A stretch of 64,000 nt of DNA from the human T2T-CHM13v2.0 reference genome, Homo sapiens. Within the stretch, counting starts at the first letter, position 1; each line of letters begins with the position of its first letter. A program made the translations under genes and the position numbers. The DNA lies in NCBI RefSeq assembly GCF_009914755.1, contig NC_060935.1. The stretch is one strand, 5' to 3'. Shown here piece after piece: positions 15,631 to 33,410 of this stretch. The notes under the pieces were generated by a model. That model worked only from the letters and a program-made list of their open reading frames with translations, did no database searches and was not told the DNA's origin.

Positions 15631-17859
15631 GCTATCCCTCAAAGTCTGTCCTGTCCTACTTGTTACCTCCACTCTTTCTGCTTTAAAAACCCTAGCCAGC
15701 TTAGCTACTGCAGACTCCACAAGAAACCAGCTTATCCTTTAATTCACAAGCAGGGCAGGGTGGGGGCCTGCGTGAACCAAAACTGATTTTTTTCCCATTA
15801 AATTGAAATGCCATAAAAATTTTTTGTTTAAATTGAGGACAATTTTATCTAAATGAATTGAGGACATTCTTATCTATTTTAATCCACAATTCTCCCTTCT
15901 CTACGATATTATATACTGAATAAATCAGAGCTGTTTGTGGAGTCCTGGGGCTTTCCCAGAGCTTGGCACACTGATTTTCTCTTTATCTTGGTCATTAACA
16001 TTCAGCAAACCAGCCTGCAGAGAAGCCTGGCTTCTCTCTAGAGGTCGTTAATGAGTTAATTAGTGCAATAAACTTTGCCTAAAAAATATACATTGTAACT
16101 TTTCTAATAAATAGGACAACATACAGCAGAGCTGACATAGAATGCTTCCACTCCTTCCTAGATAGCCCATCTTTCCTATGGTCTTATTTATGACCTTTAC
16201 GTTAGGAATTTTCTCCAGTGTTCTGTTTCACACATGAACATTTTTAGGCACTGCAGCTCTTCTGGAAAGGGGATTCTTGAATTCTTCCAGCTGGACTCAA
16301 GAGTGTAGAGGTCAAAACCCCAGTTAACAGGCACTAGACCCACAACATTTTGCGAAACAGAGAACTATCGATTGTAAACTCTTTGGTCAGTGTTTCACAG
16401 TCTTTTACGGTTTACTTTCAATCTTTCAAAGAAAGAATGTGTGTATAAAACAAAACAAAAGAAAACAAAAAGCACTGAGCTAAATGTTTACTGTCACTTT
16501 ATCCTATTTTATTTGTAGTATTTTTTAAAGTTATAGTTGGGAGACAAACTAAAATAACTTTATTGGTGCTTGGAAATTGTTACTTAATTAGGAAATTAAA
16601 AACACAATGACTGTAAAAACTTACAGTAGTTTTATCAGTAGGAAAGGCCTGTAGATAGAAATGAGACAGAGAAAAATAATGAATTCTACATTGTGGAAAT
16701 GTGTGTCTCGCCTATTACCTTTGGATCTCTGCCTGGTTAATAGGTCACAAGTTAAAGACACTTAGACCATAGAAAGTTTCTTACAGTTTCCACCAGGCTC
16801 TGCCTTAATCATATTACCTTGGTCTAACCTTTCCTAATTGGGCATAAAGTCAGGGCCAGGATTTGGACAACTGAAAGCTAGTTTGAGAGGATTTAGTCTG
16901 AAAAGAAAGTGACTACCTGAAACCCTATCTAGAAGTCTTTCTTGAAGAATAAGGCAAACAGGAAAGAGTCTATGTATAAAATGACCCTGATAGTCACTTT
17001 ACTGGCCATTAGACATGTCACTGTCCAGGGCTGCCACTAGCCCAAACGGTGCCCACCTCTGGGCTGATCTAGACGTGCACCAAAGGCATGTTCTTTTCAA
17101 GTGGAGCAAGGGGCGGATTTTAGCCAGATGGCCCCCTGCACCTCCAATGCCACGCTAACTGATCTTACTTTAACCCATACTATCCACTCATACCACTCTT
17201 TTTTATGATGACAAGGATTTATTTATGGCACAATCAGCTTAACAAAAGACAGTGGCCCAGTTGTTGGCTTCTATTTAGCAATGGGGGTTTATGATACACT
17301 TCAGTTAAAATTTCTCTATCTGTTAAAGATGGTCATTTTCAGAATCCCATTGCAATTCTTGGACCAGACTGCTGCAGTGACACCTAGTACACCATAGTAA
17401 AATTTTTCATTTCCACTGTTAGATGCTCTCACTTAGATATGAACATCTCTAGGGTAAGCTCCACGTGTTTTCTTTCCTTGTCCTTTGTAGTCTGTAACAT
17501 AATGGCTGGTACATAATGCATGGAATACATGTTTGTTGAATCAACCAAAATATGAGTGTTATGGTTGATACCGCTACACTTTTTTATCTGTAAAGTGTGA
17601 TAACTGTACCTGCCTTATAGGGTTGTTGGAAAGACGGAGAAAATTCACGTAAAACCTGTGTTGTTGTGCCTATAAGTGCTTAGTGTATTTTAGAAATTAT
17701 TATATTCCTTATTACACAGAATATACCATTCTAAAAGATAATTCTGAATAGAACTGAGTGAATTTTATTAATTCATTATAGATTTTTGGTTTGCGGCCAA
17801 CTTTTAAATAGAAAAGCAAATCATATCTGCTGATTCATCAAGTCTCCTTATTCTAGCTC

Positions 17860-18630
17860 CTTTTTATTTCTTGAATCTGGCAACCCCTCTTTTTTTTCAC
17901 CAACACCTTCTTCCTCATTAGCTTTTCTTATCATTGGTAACTTCCTAATTTCTCTTACTGCAAGTATAGCTTCCTAACTGATGTCTTGCCTGTAGTTTAG
18001 CCCTGTTGAATCTATTTTCACAATGCATCCAGCATGATCTTTCTGACAGGCAAAGAGATCATGTCCCTTTCTTACTTAAAACCTTTATTCAAAGGCTTCA
18101 TTTTTTCTGTAAAAGAAAGGCAGTGGAGCATAGCATGAAAACCATCTAATGTTCTGGCCTCATTTTCCCTTCCTCAGGTTCACCATGTCTGTCCCCCCAC
18201 CCTCATTCCAATATCAATGCAATGTGGCATTCCAACAAGACTATAACAGAATTTATTGTTAAAGGACCATCTATTCTCTCTAGATCAGGCCTTTGTATAC
18301 AGTCTTGGTTCCTTTCTTCTTCATTAGATGAATTTCTCCTCATGCTTCAGGACTCAACTTAATCATCACCTTTTTTGGGGAGTCTTATCTTTTTACCCCT
18401 CTTCCCATTTTTTGCTGAGATTGAGGGGGTAACTCTCAGTGTCCCCTGCCACAGCTCTCTATATACACTATCTAGTATTTATTTCTCTGATTGTGATTAC
18501 ATGTTTTATCCCCACCATCCCTCGTTAACTTTACTGTACAATGCATCCCTTGGCAATAGGAGTGAAGTCATTCATCACTATAGCATCAGAACCTAGGATA
18601 GGGACAGGCTCTTAGTTCATACTCACTCTA
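17860..18630 (+). mobile_element. Degraded L2 fragments
   Basis: L2 3' motifs (tagcttcctaactg..., gatcatgtccctt...cttaaaacc, tcaacttaatcatcacc). Confidence 0.6.
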
Positions 18631-18845
18631 AAGAAAAGAAGAGAATAGAAGGAAGGAAGAAAAGAAATAAGGGAAGGAAAGAAGGAAGGAAAGAAAGAAA
18701 AAATAAGGGAAGGAAGGAAAGAAGGGAAGGAAGGAAAGAAGGAAATAAGGAAGGGAGAAGGAGAAAAGAGGGAAGGAAAGAGGAAGGAAGGAAGGGAAGG
18801 AATGAAAGGAAGGAAGGAAGGGAAGGAAAGAAAGGAAGGAAGGGC
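18630..18845. repeat. GA-rich interrupted (GGAA)n polypurine tract
   Basis: ~215 bp of almost pure purines on the + strand. Confidence 0.95.
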
Positions 18846-19204
18846 TTACTCCTAATGGCTTAGGAGTAGGGAACTGGAAGAGCTAATCTATTGCAAAATG
18901 CTCTTGTCTGACTTCAGTCTATGAAACTATCTTACAAAATTACTCCTCTCTAAAGAAGACTAAAGCCCTCAAGTCAGTAAAACAGTTGGTTGGCAGGCTG
19001 CCTCTCTTTCCTGAGAAAATGTCTGTACTGCATTTGTTGGATAATTTCATCTTAGCCTTTATCAGTTTACTGTGCTTTGTTTACAATTCTGGTGTTATAA
19101 AAAATGGCATCAACAAGTTGTCTGATTTTTCTCTAAATTACTCCTTCTCTTTACAGATTTGTTTTGGTTACTGGTCTTACAAATTACTCAGTCATTCAGA
19201 TTTA

Positions 19205-19353
19205 ATAGCTGACTGACATTCATCCCAACTCTGCCACACAGGAGCAGTGTGACATTGGATAAGTTGCTTAACCTCTCTGATTTCTAGTTGCTTATCTGTG
19301 CAATAAAGGTAAATGTGTACCTTCATGGGATTGTTGTCAAAATTAAGTAAGAT
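19205..19353 (+). mobile_element. MIR, split by MLT1 and L1; remainder at ~24775-24815
   Basis: MIR core gtgtgacattggataagttgcttaacctctctg; tail aacacagtgccagtcacat after the L1. Confidence 0.7.
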
Positions 19354-19870
19354 TGTTTTGGTTGTCTATTGCTGTAAAACAAACTATCCAAACATTAGTG
19401 AGTTCGAATGACCAGCAATTATTTGTCATGATTATGTAGATTAGTCGGGGGGTTCTTCTTATCAGCAGTAGGATGGCTAAGAGCTCCAGAATCACCTCAT
19501 TCACATGGCTGGCAGTTGCTACTAATGATTGTCAGTCAGGGGGCCTCCATTTTTCTCCACCTGGTTGTCGTATGTGGTATGTGGTATTTTGATCTCCTCA
19601 CAGCAATGGCACCTGGGTTCTAAGAAGGAGTGTTCTAAGAAGCCAAGACCAAGGCTGTAGACCTCTTAAGGCTCAGACATGAAAGTTGCTTAATGCCCTT
19701 TCTACTATATTCTGTTGATCAAATTAGGCAATAATAGGGTAGACCAGATATAAGAATGGGGGAACAAATTCTGACTCTTGATGAGAGAATGACAAGGTCA
19801 CATTACAAAGGGGCACATAGGTGAGGAGCACTATTGATGTGACCATTTTTGGAAACATGCTCTACCACCA
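19354..19870 (-). mobile_element. MLT1 (ERVL-MaLR) solo LTR
   Basis: tgttttggttgtctattgctgtaaaacaaactatccaaac...ggccagata...gtcacattacaaagg...ggaaacatgctctaccac. Confidence 0.8.
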
Positions 19871-19892
19871 TGAAAATGTATTTAAAACTCTT

Positions 19893-24749
<4,857 letters not shown>

Positions 24750-25259
24750 ATGAAGTATATAAAAATGGCAAAAAACTGTTAACACAGTGCCAGTCACATG
24801 GGCATTGCTTAATCAGAGGCAACTGTTATCAGCCTTGACTGTTTCCCTCCTACATCTTTAGCTTCACTACCTGCCACTTCTGTCCCCATAGTGTACCCTT
24901 TGTTGGTTCCCTTCATTCATCTAGTTTATTCTGTGCTTATACCATCTCAAGGACTATTTAAAAAGTTGTCGAACTAGTCTCAAATTTGAACTTCTTTATT
25001 TCACATTTTGTCTTGTATTAATTGGACATCTACTTGAGTTTAGCCTTAATGAATCATATGTACCTTGAGAGTAGGAAACATATTCAATCAACATTCTGGA
25101 CCTTGTATTACCCAGCACAGTGCCTTACATATGGTTGGTGCAATCTGGTAATTAATTGCATGGCAAATTGGATTGAAGATAATAGTGATTATAGTTATTA
25201 TGCATTATTGAGTTTATGATGTCATATGTTGTTCTACATGATTTGTATTTATTTATTTT

Positions 25260-25935
25260 CGTATCGACCTAATCTGATGATTATTATTGTAATCCTGATT
25301 TTATGGTTGAGAAAACTGAGGGACAAAGGTGTTAAGAAATTTACCTGAGGTCACACAACTAACAGGAGTTGAGGCCACCTTTAAAAGTCAAGGGGTTTGG
25401 CTCTAAAACCCAAGTATTTAAATGGTCATGAGTGTTTGTACATTGTGAATTTTCACACATTTATGTGAAAGTGGACTAGGTTTCAGCGACAGATCAATAT
25501 CTGCTTTTGAAAAAAATACTATAGACTCACAGAATTTAAGAAATGTAAAGAAAGCTCAGTTTTGCAAAAGCTGAAGCCCAAGAAGGCAAAGTCAGTTGCC
25601 TCAATCTCACAACTACTACATAGCTGAGACAGAATGAGAATCCACATCTTCTGATTTCAGATGAAGTTTTCGTTCTGTTATTCCACAGCTATCTCCTGAT
25701 GTGACCTGTAGGAAATGCCATTTCTGACTTTTAAAAATACTTACCATATGTCAGGTATGGTTGTAATTGGTTTACAAATATTAATAAATTTAATTCTCAC
25801 ATTCACCCATTATGTTGATAAAGAACCTGAAGCACAGACCAGCTCACTGACTTGCTCAAGGTCAATTACAGATAGTAAGTAGGGAACCAGGATTAAAACC
25901 CAGCCCAGGGCACTGGAGTATAACCATACTACTAA
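25260..25935 (-). mobile_element. Cluster of MIR fragments
   Basis: gaaaactgagggac...cctgaggtcacacaact; ctgaagcacag...cttgctcaaggtca. Confidence 0.65.
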
Positions 25936-27029
25936 AGCTATCTCTCAAAATGTTGGATTAACTAGATATTTGTGAACGAAAAAGGAAGACTATCCAGACA
26001 AACGAGATCATTTGGTACCAGAACCAAGCATCAAATATTGAAGACAGATGACATTTCAAGAATGGTAAATCAAATAGTCAACTTATTTCCTTAGAGTAAT
26101 GACAGACAAAAAGAGAGAACACTTAAAACAGGAATGATGTGCTATTGAAACAAAAGAATTGCTAAAATAATGATATGGAGTAGACACAAAGAATTTTGCA
26201 AGTAAGAAGAGGATTTGTAAGAAATGTAGCCAGTTCTGGGTCATTACAGCAGTTGCGAAAAGGTGACATCACTAAAGGCTCAGTTGGGAATACGCATAAT
26301 TTCTGCAGGAAGCTGATTAAGGAGCTAGACATTTTTTGAAGGGAGGCACTTGGTCCTTGGAGTTTCCCTGACAACTTGCATAACATTGGAACTCAGTGTG
26401 GTAAATTGTTCTTCACATCAAAATGAATTTGCTTACACTGATATGGGAAGCTACTGTGATTGCTCCAGGAAATGCAAGGAAAAGAGAAAAGAGACATATT
26501 TGAAGTGGAAAAAAATGACTTAACTTCACAAAGGCAGTTAAAAAATTGGAATGTCTTGTTACCAATTTTGCAAATACTTAAAAACCAACTCAGCCTGAGT
26601 AAAAACAGTCTACTGATGAAGACTCTCATATGGGCTCTGATCAGTTTAAGCATCTGGTTTGCTACAGTTAATGCCAAATTTAGTGCATACACAATAGATG
26701 TAAATGAATAAATGTTGCCACAAAAGAGAGAGAAAATATTGTATATGTCTAAACACAAGGTTACTACTTTTTTCCTTTCTATCCCTCATAAAAAGGAAAT
26801 GCCTTAAATTCAAATCCTTATAAATGTTCTCATAATACCGGGTATTATCCCAGTTCTGTTATTTTGAACACAAGAAACTATTTTGGGGAGAAAAAATGAC
26901 ATTATCTATGCCAGCTTATGATTTTAATTGAAATTATCTGGAGAATAAATTTTAAAAAAAGACCAAAAAACCCCCTCTCAACAAATAATTAGTTATTATT
27001 CCTGGGAGCGTAGTCTCACAATTGCAAAT

Positions 27030-27175
27030 ATTGAATGTCATTGTTTAATTAGCTTGATTGTGATGACAATTCTGCATTATATGTATATATATATATCTCT
27101 AATCATCAAGTTGTATACTTTAAATATATGGAATTTAAAATTATCAATTATACTTCAGTAAATCTTGAAAAAATA
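27030..27175 (+). mobile_element. Old L1M 3'-end fragment
   Basis: aattagcttgattgtgatg...atcatcaagttgtatactttaaatatat...tcaattatacttcagtaaa. Confidence 0.7.
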
Positions 27176-27886
27176 CAAATGTAAATACTGATAACCATAC
27201 AAAACACTTAATAACACAGTTCAGTGTTTGGTTACATTGTAAAGATCACAAATACAGACCTATTAGACAAATGGGGAAGGAAGAAGCGCTGATACTATGC
27301 AGTTGGATTCGTGTGACTTTGCTGGAAAAGGCATCAAATACAGATTCAAAAAGTGCTTTATCTCAAACAACTTAGACAGATGGAATGGTGATGAATTTGG
27401 AAAATCTGAGAGAACTTGAAAAGTGGCTCTGGGTTGGGGAAATCCTTTAGGTCAAGATTCATGGGAAGAAATTAAATAAAATTATTTAATATTTTTATAG
27501 TAAAGAAAAGATAATATTTCTATACTAATATATAATATAGTCCATGAAATGATATACTTAATATAGCTATGCCTAATAACTGAACCCATAAATCAAATAT
27601 TATACAGATATTTATTTAATATATTCCTTAAAGTTATTCAAGTTGGTCTAGAATTTTTTTTCATTCTTTAGATGTTGTCATTAATTTAAAAAAATAATTA
27701 TTTTAATTATATTTGGAATTTATTTCTATGTAGGCATTTACATTTTCTCCTATCTGCAGCATTCTGTGGGAAAAGGGATCAAAGGAGATTTTGAAGTTAT
27801 TGCGAAGAAATCTATAATAGCAAAGGAAGAAGCCAGGGTTTCTGGACATATCGATAGTATTATGGAAAGAAATGCAAAGGAATTTA

Positions 27887-27926
27887 AGACAAGATAGGCT
27901 ACATTCAGGGTGATATGGTCATAGAC
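27887..27926 (-). pseudogene. 5S rRNA 5' fragment (nt 1-40), tailless retropseudogene
   Basis: Minus strand GTCTATGACCATATCACCCTGAATGTAGCCTATCTTGTCT vs 5S GTCTACGGCCATACCACCCTGAACGCGCCCGATCTCGTCT (31/40); direct repeat AAGGAATTT at 27877-27885 and 27927-27935. Confidence 0.88.
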
Positions 27927-28269
27927 AAGGAATTTCAAATGAAGTTATGTTTAACTACTTAAGGCTGGTACTAGAGCACACCTATGGTACTTCATCTAGT
28001 TTTGATATTTTAAATTTATAAAACATGTAATTTCTGTTGAAGGTGTACAGTGTCACTTTATGATAAGCTTCAGAAAAAGATGTTGAAAAACCTCATGATT
28101 AAATGAACTGTTTTCTCCAAGGTAAGAAAAGCCTCTGGATTCATCCTTTTCCAGTGTGCAGGTTGTGATAGAATTAAGTTATTTTGATCTGTTTTATTTT
28201 TACCAGCAGCAAGATCTGTGTATACTCAGTAACCTCATCCATTCATTCTTTGACTCCTTTACTTGTCTC

Positions 28270-28530
28270 TCAATGTTCTTTGTCTTCCATTGAATACTTG
28301 CTTTGAGCCATAAACTGTGCAAGCACTGAGATTGCAGCTCTGAAAATTGTTGTGCTTTCTCTCAAGGAGCCCACAGGGCTGAGAGAATCAACAATAATCA
28401 GGCAATTATAATGGAGCATAATAAGTATTGTAATGGAGGTATAAGCAGGATCTATGAGAGGACAGAGGCGGGGAAGGGAAATCATAGTAACCTCTCCAGA
28501 GTAACTCCTGTCTCAGATGAGCCTTGACAA
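28270..28530 (-). mobile_element. L2 fragment
   Basis: attgaatacttgctttgagcc...ctctcaaggagcccacag... (reverse of L2 3' end). Confidence 0.6.
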
Positions 28531-30164
28531 AGTTTAGGATGAGGGACAGAAGGAGGGAGGGAGTAGAGAAAGAGAAAGAGAGAGGAGAGAAGAGGAGAGC
28601 AAAATAGGGCTGAGAGGGCTGCCATCACCTGCCCATTGCTTGACATGCAAACCTTTTACTTTTTCCTCCATCATTTTTTATTTTGTACCCTATAATTATT
28701 GTTGAACTCATTTTACCCCAAAAAGTCTGCCCTGATTATGTTTTTAATCTATATGGAAAGATTTTCAAGATTTAAGGTGAACAGCTGATTTTTCTATGAA
28801 ATGTTTTTGTTTCAATGATACTCTTTACATTGGTTAATTAACCTGATTCAAAATCTCACTGTGGTTGGTTCTAATTCTTGTGATTAGGATTTATTATTTT
28901 CCTTAAGCTAGTTCCCAGCACCATCAGTAGCTCTGCAAACCTTTTCTATTCTTTGTCATGATTCTATCTCAATGTCAGTTTCTCTGAGCTCATGTTTTAT
29001 CAATTTGTTATTTTCAGTTCACTTCTTATTTATTTCTTCTCTTCTCAGATGTCTCCTTAGTAGTGAAATGGATCTCATCTTCCCTTCTTTGGTGCTCAGC
29101 TCCAGAGTGAGCTCACCTCTCTGACACCGTTTTGATCTCTTACTCTTTCTGGAAGTAGTAGGTCTGAGAATTGATGTGCTTTCTTTCAAGGAGCCTGCAG
29201 GAGTTTCTGCTGAAATCTTATCCATCACCCTCCTTAGTCAGCCTTCCTAGAGCAGGTGGCATAATCTACTCTTGCCAAGAGCTCTGAGAAGCCACCAATA
29301 GGCCAGTTTCTGCCCAGGGTCTATGGTAATTCCCATTACCACTTTTCTGCAGTAGTAGCAGGATGTATACCATCTGGACCATTCGGTGCCATCAGGAAAT
29401 GGTCAAAATATTTGCATGCCCCTCAGGTTCAAGTAAATAAACAGCAGCAGCAGCAGCAACAACAACATTTCCAGTGAAAATGACCCTGTCACTCTTCTAC
29501 CTGATACTTTCCTCATCTTTTCCCAAGAAATCACCTTTCCCCCGAAAAAAGATTATCTGCTCTCCATCTTCTCTCTCCTGTGAGGCTATTTTGTATTTGT
29601 CTAGAGCACTCCAGAAGTGGGCAACTGAAGTTACTAGCATTACTTGACCATGGTTATAGTTTTTATACAGATTGGCAGATGCTTTTTACAGTCTGTGGCT
29701 GGATTTCATTGGAAAAAGCTTAAAATTCACAGGAGGAGGAAAGTACTTCTCTCCCAGGATCCCCACTGAGTTGATAACAGTCTATGGGAAGTCATCTATT
29801 TAAACAGAAATAAACATGCCTTGGGATGCCAGGAGACTATTTTCAGTTTTATTAAGCTATTTTCAGCTTTATTAAGAAATCTGTGTTTAATTTTTGCAGC
29901 ATTTTCAGTCCTGTTCATTTAGCTTTTCTCTGTGTGTGGATCAATTAGATCACTTGATGAGAATGCAGACATCGCATTCTGCTCCTTCCATTGCATTCTG
30001 CTCCTTCCAGGATCACAGTACATTTGGAGGAGAGTAAAGAACCTGGAACACCTTCAATCACCCAGCCAGAAACTTGTGCTTAATTGACTTTTCATGGGAA
30101 AAAGTAGTCCTGATTAGATATTGCCTGTGTCTGGGTCCTGGGAAATTTCAACATTTTATTGTCT

Positions 30165-30167
<3 letters not shown>

Positions 30168-30201
<34 letters not shown>
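30168..30201. repeat. (TG)n microsatellite
   Basis: Direct reading. Confidence 0.95.
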
Positions 30202-30203
<2 letters not shown>

Positions 30204-30267
30204 ATTTTTTGGACCCATATAAATTGGTAGATTGGTCACCTGTAATAAGTTAGACACTGTTTTAGGT

Positions 30268-30580
30268 CAGGGTGAGCAATCTGTGCATATGTAAAGGGTC
30301 AGATAGTAAACATTTTAGGCACTGTAGACTTTATGGTCTTCATCGCAACTATTTAACTTTGACATCTGAAAGCAATAGGAGCCATAGATAATATGCAGAC
30401 TAATAAGTGGCTGTCCTCTAAGAAGACTTTATTTATGGACATTGTAATTTATATTTTGAATACTTTTATATAACATGTAATATTTTCTTTAATTTGTTTT
30501 TCAACTATACAAAAATATGAGCCATCATTTGCTCCCATGCCATACTAAATAAGCCTGCAGGCCATAATTGGTGAACCTCT
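30268..30580 (+). mobile_element. MER58B-like hAT-Charlie DNA transposon relic inside an L2
   Basis: cagggtgagcaa...gtaaagggtcagatagtaaacattttagg...ttggtgaacctctg; flanks ttttaggt / ctataggc resemble an 8-bp Charlie TSD. Confidence 0.75.
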
Positions 30581-31225
30581 GCTATAGGCAAAGCAGCTTA
30601 AGTAATAAACAGGACAGAAACCCCGACCTCTTGTGACTTTCGTAGAGAAATTAGACAATGATCACGTAAACACACAAATAATGAATATTATTTCAAATTC
30701 TAAGTGCTAGGAAGAAAGGAAAACAAAACAAAACAAAACAGCTGTTGTGACTGAAAACCCCTGGTGGTAAGAGGACTGAGGGCATGGGCTGCATTAGCTG
30801 CTTAGAGAAGACTTCTCTAAGATAGCATCTGAGGTGTTCTCTGAATGATGCCAGGGAGACATGTGAATGTTGAAGGAACAGCAAAGGCAAAGCTGTGAGT
30901 CAGGGATGAGCTCAGGATGTTTAAAGAAGCAAGAATACTTTTCTGGCTTGAGAGAATATTACAGAGGAGAAGGAGGAAGGTAATGAAATGAAAAAGGAAG
31001 GTAGGGACAAGTGAGGTAGGACCTGGAGGCCAGAAGAAGGGCTTTAGGTTTATTCACATTTCTGGGCTAGGACATGGGTTTTTTAATAAGCTGAAGAGTG
31101 ATGAGAAGTGGTTTATACCTTTAGACAGATCACTTTGGCTGCTGTGTGGATGAGGGACCATCATTGGAAAATGAGAGTAGAGGTTAGGAGGAGGGTACTC
31201 AGGAGGCTATAGTGGGCTCTAGCAG
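30581..31225 (-). mobile_element. L2 fragment
   Basis: gaggtgttctctgaatgatg...gaaggaacagcaaaggcaaag...gatcactttggctgctgtgtgg. Confidence 0.65.
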
Positions 31226-31393
31226 TCCAAAATAGAGGCTTTTCCATTTTCTCTTCTTCTAACACTTTTCTCATGTGTGAGTCTGGTAGAAGCTTGGGGG
31301 AAGGTGAGAAATAATGACACAATGCAGTTCAGGTTGGACTACTGAATGAGATTCGCACCAATAACATTTTCAAATTAACTCCATATTATTTCT

Positions 31394-32441
31394 TTTTTTA
31401 ATTATTATACTTTAAGCTCTAGGGTACACGGGCACAACGTGCAGGTTGGTTACATATGTATACATGTCCCATGTTGGCATGCTGTACCCATTAACTTGTC
31501 TTTACATTAGGTATATCTCCTAATGCTATCCCTCTCCCCACCCCACAACAGGCCCCAATGTGTGATGTTCCCCATCCTGTGTCCAAGTGTTCTCATTGTT
31601 CAATTCCCACCTATGAGTGAGAACATGCAGTGTTTGGTTTTCTGTCCTTGCGATAGTTTGCTGAGAATGATGGTTTCCAGCTTCATCCACGTCCCCACAA
31701 AGAACATGAACTCATCTTTTTTATGACTGCATATTATTCCATGGTGTATATGTGCCACATTTTCTTAATCCAGTCTGTCATTGATGGACATTTGAGTTGG
31801 TTCCAAGTCTTTGCTATTGTGAATAGTGCCACAATAAACATACGTGTGCATGTGTCTTTATAGCAGCATGATTTATAATCCTTTGGGTATATACCCAGTA
31901 ATGGGATGGCTGGGTCAAATGGTATTTCTAGTTTTAGATCCTTGAGGAATCGCCACACTGTCTTCCACAATGGTTGAACTAGTTTACAGTCCCACCAACA
32001 GTGTAAAAGCATTCCTATTTCTCCACATCCTCTCCAGCACCTATTGTTTCAGGACTTTTTAATGATCGCCATTCTAACTGGCATGCAATGGTATCTCATT
32101 GTGGTTTTCGTTTTCATTTCTCTGATGACCAGTGATGATGAGCATTTTTTCATGTGTCTTTTGGCTGCACAAATGTCTTCTTTTGAGAAGTGTCTGTTCA
32201 TATCCTTTGCCCACTTTTTGATGGGGTTATTTGATTTTTTCTTGTAAATTTGCTTAAGTTCTTGGTAGTTTCTGGATATTATCCCTTTGTCAGATGGGTA
32301 GATTGTAAAAATTTTCTCCCATTCTGTAGGTTAACCATTCACTCTGATGGTAGTTTCTTTTGCTGTGCAGAAGCTCTTTAGTTTAATTAGATCCCATTTG
32401 TCAAATTTTGCTTTTGTACAAAAGCCAACAGAAGGCAACAA
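31394..32441 (-). mobile_element. 5'-truncated L1PA5-like element (~1 kb) with filler at 5' junction
   Basis: Poly(T) then antisense 3'UTR and ORF2 end; TSD AACTCCATATTATTTCT at 31377-31393 and 32442-32458. Confidence 0.95.
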
Positions 32442-32699
32442 AACTCCATATTATTTCTAATGCTCACAATGATAGCTAAGGATTTGGGGGATATTTAATA
32501 ATGTAGCATTATTTCTTTTAATCCTCACAGCAATTCTGTAAGGCAGGTGTCATTATTTACTCCATCAATGAAGAAATTGAGGTACTAATATGTTCTGCAA
32601 TAGGTGAAGATATCTCAAAACTGGCAAGTGGCAGAGGCAGTATAGGTTCCATGCTTGGCTCTTAAGCCCATGATCTGTTCACTTGCTCATCTTCTCCTC

Positions 32700-33195
32700 T
32701 GTTTTAGTTATCTACTGCTACATATAAAACCAACCCAAAGTGTTGTGGCTTTAAACAACAAAAATTTATGATTTCTCATGATTCGTGGGTTGACCAGGCT
32801 CAGCTGGGTGGTTCTTCTGTTCCATATGTTGTTGACTGGAATTATATGTGAGGTTGCAGTCAGATAGAAGCCCATCACAGCCTGAGGCCTCCCAGATGCC
32901 TTCACTGTCATGGCTAGTAGTTGGTACTACTTGGCTGAGGTGTCTCTTGTTTTCCTCCATGTGACTTCTAAACCACCATTATGTTAGACAGAATTTCTTA
33001 CTGAATGATAGATGGATTCTGACAAGGAAGCTTCCAGAAAACCATGTTCTAATGTGCAAATGGTTATCAAGCTCAGCATGAATTACATTTGATGATGTTA
33101 TTACCTCAGAGTAATTCATATGGCCAGTTATGAAATTAAACTTAAAAAAGAATCTACATGAAAGGTGGGCTCATTTATGGAACCAACCCATACCT
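32700..33195 (-). mobile_element. MLT1 (I/J-type) solo LTR
   Basis: tgttttagttatctactgctac...ctcatgattcgtgggttgaccaggctcagctgggtggttcttctg. Confidence 0.75.
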
Positions 33196-33410
33196 ATAAT
33201 ATTATTATTTTGGCTTCTGCCTTTAGATAGAAATGTAGGGGAATGGTTTGCTCTTTTGTAGAATATCAGGGCCCTCTTCTCAGTAATTAAAGATAGACTA
33301 AGGCACCAGATATTTATTAACTCATGTGTTGATTAGACATTTGTTGGTTTTTTTCCTGTGAGTGAAACACTGCTCTAGGTTCTGTGGGAGAAAACAAAAA
33401 GGAGAATGGG

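Noticed and set aside
17025-17155. GC-richer patch with CTCF-like or hAT-like appearance
   Set aside because: Motif match is imperfect and I cannot assign a family.
25970-27430. Possible ancient RTE/L4-type LINE remnant (VFGYIVK-like motif near 27225)
   Set aside because: Too degenerate to support without a profile search.
27740-27785. Acceptor-like ttctcctatctgcag|cattctgtgg resembling the start of a NELL1 EGF exon
   Set aside because: Similarity ends after ~10 nt and no Cys pattern follows; I found no NELL1 exon anywhere in the window.
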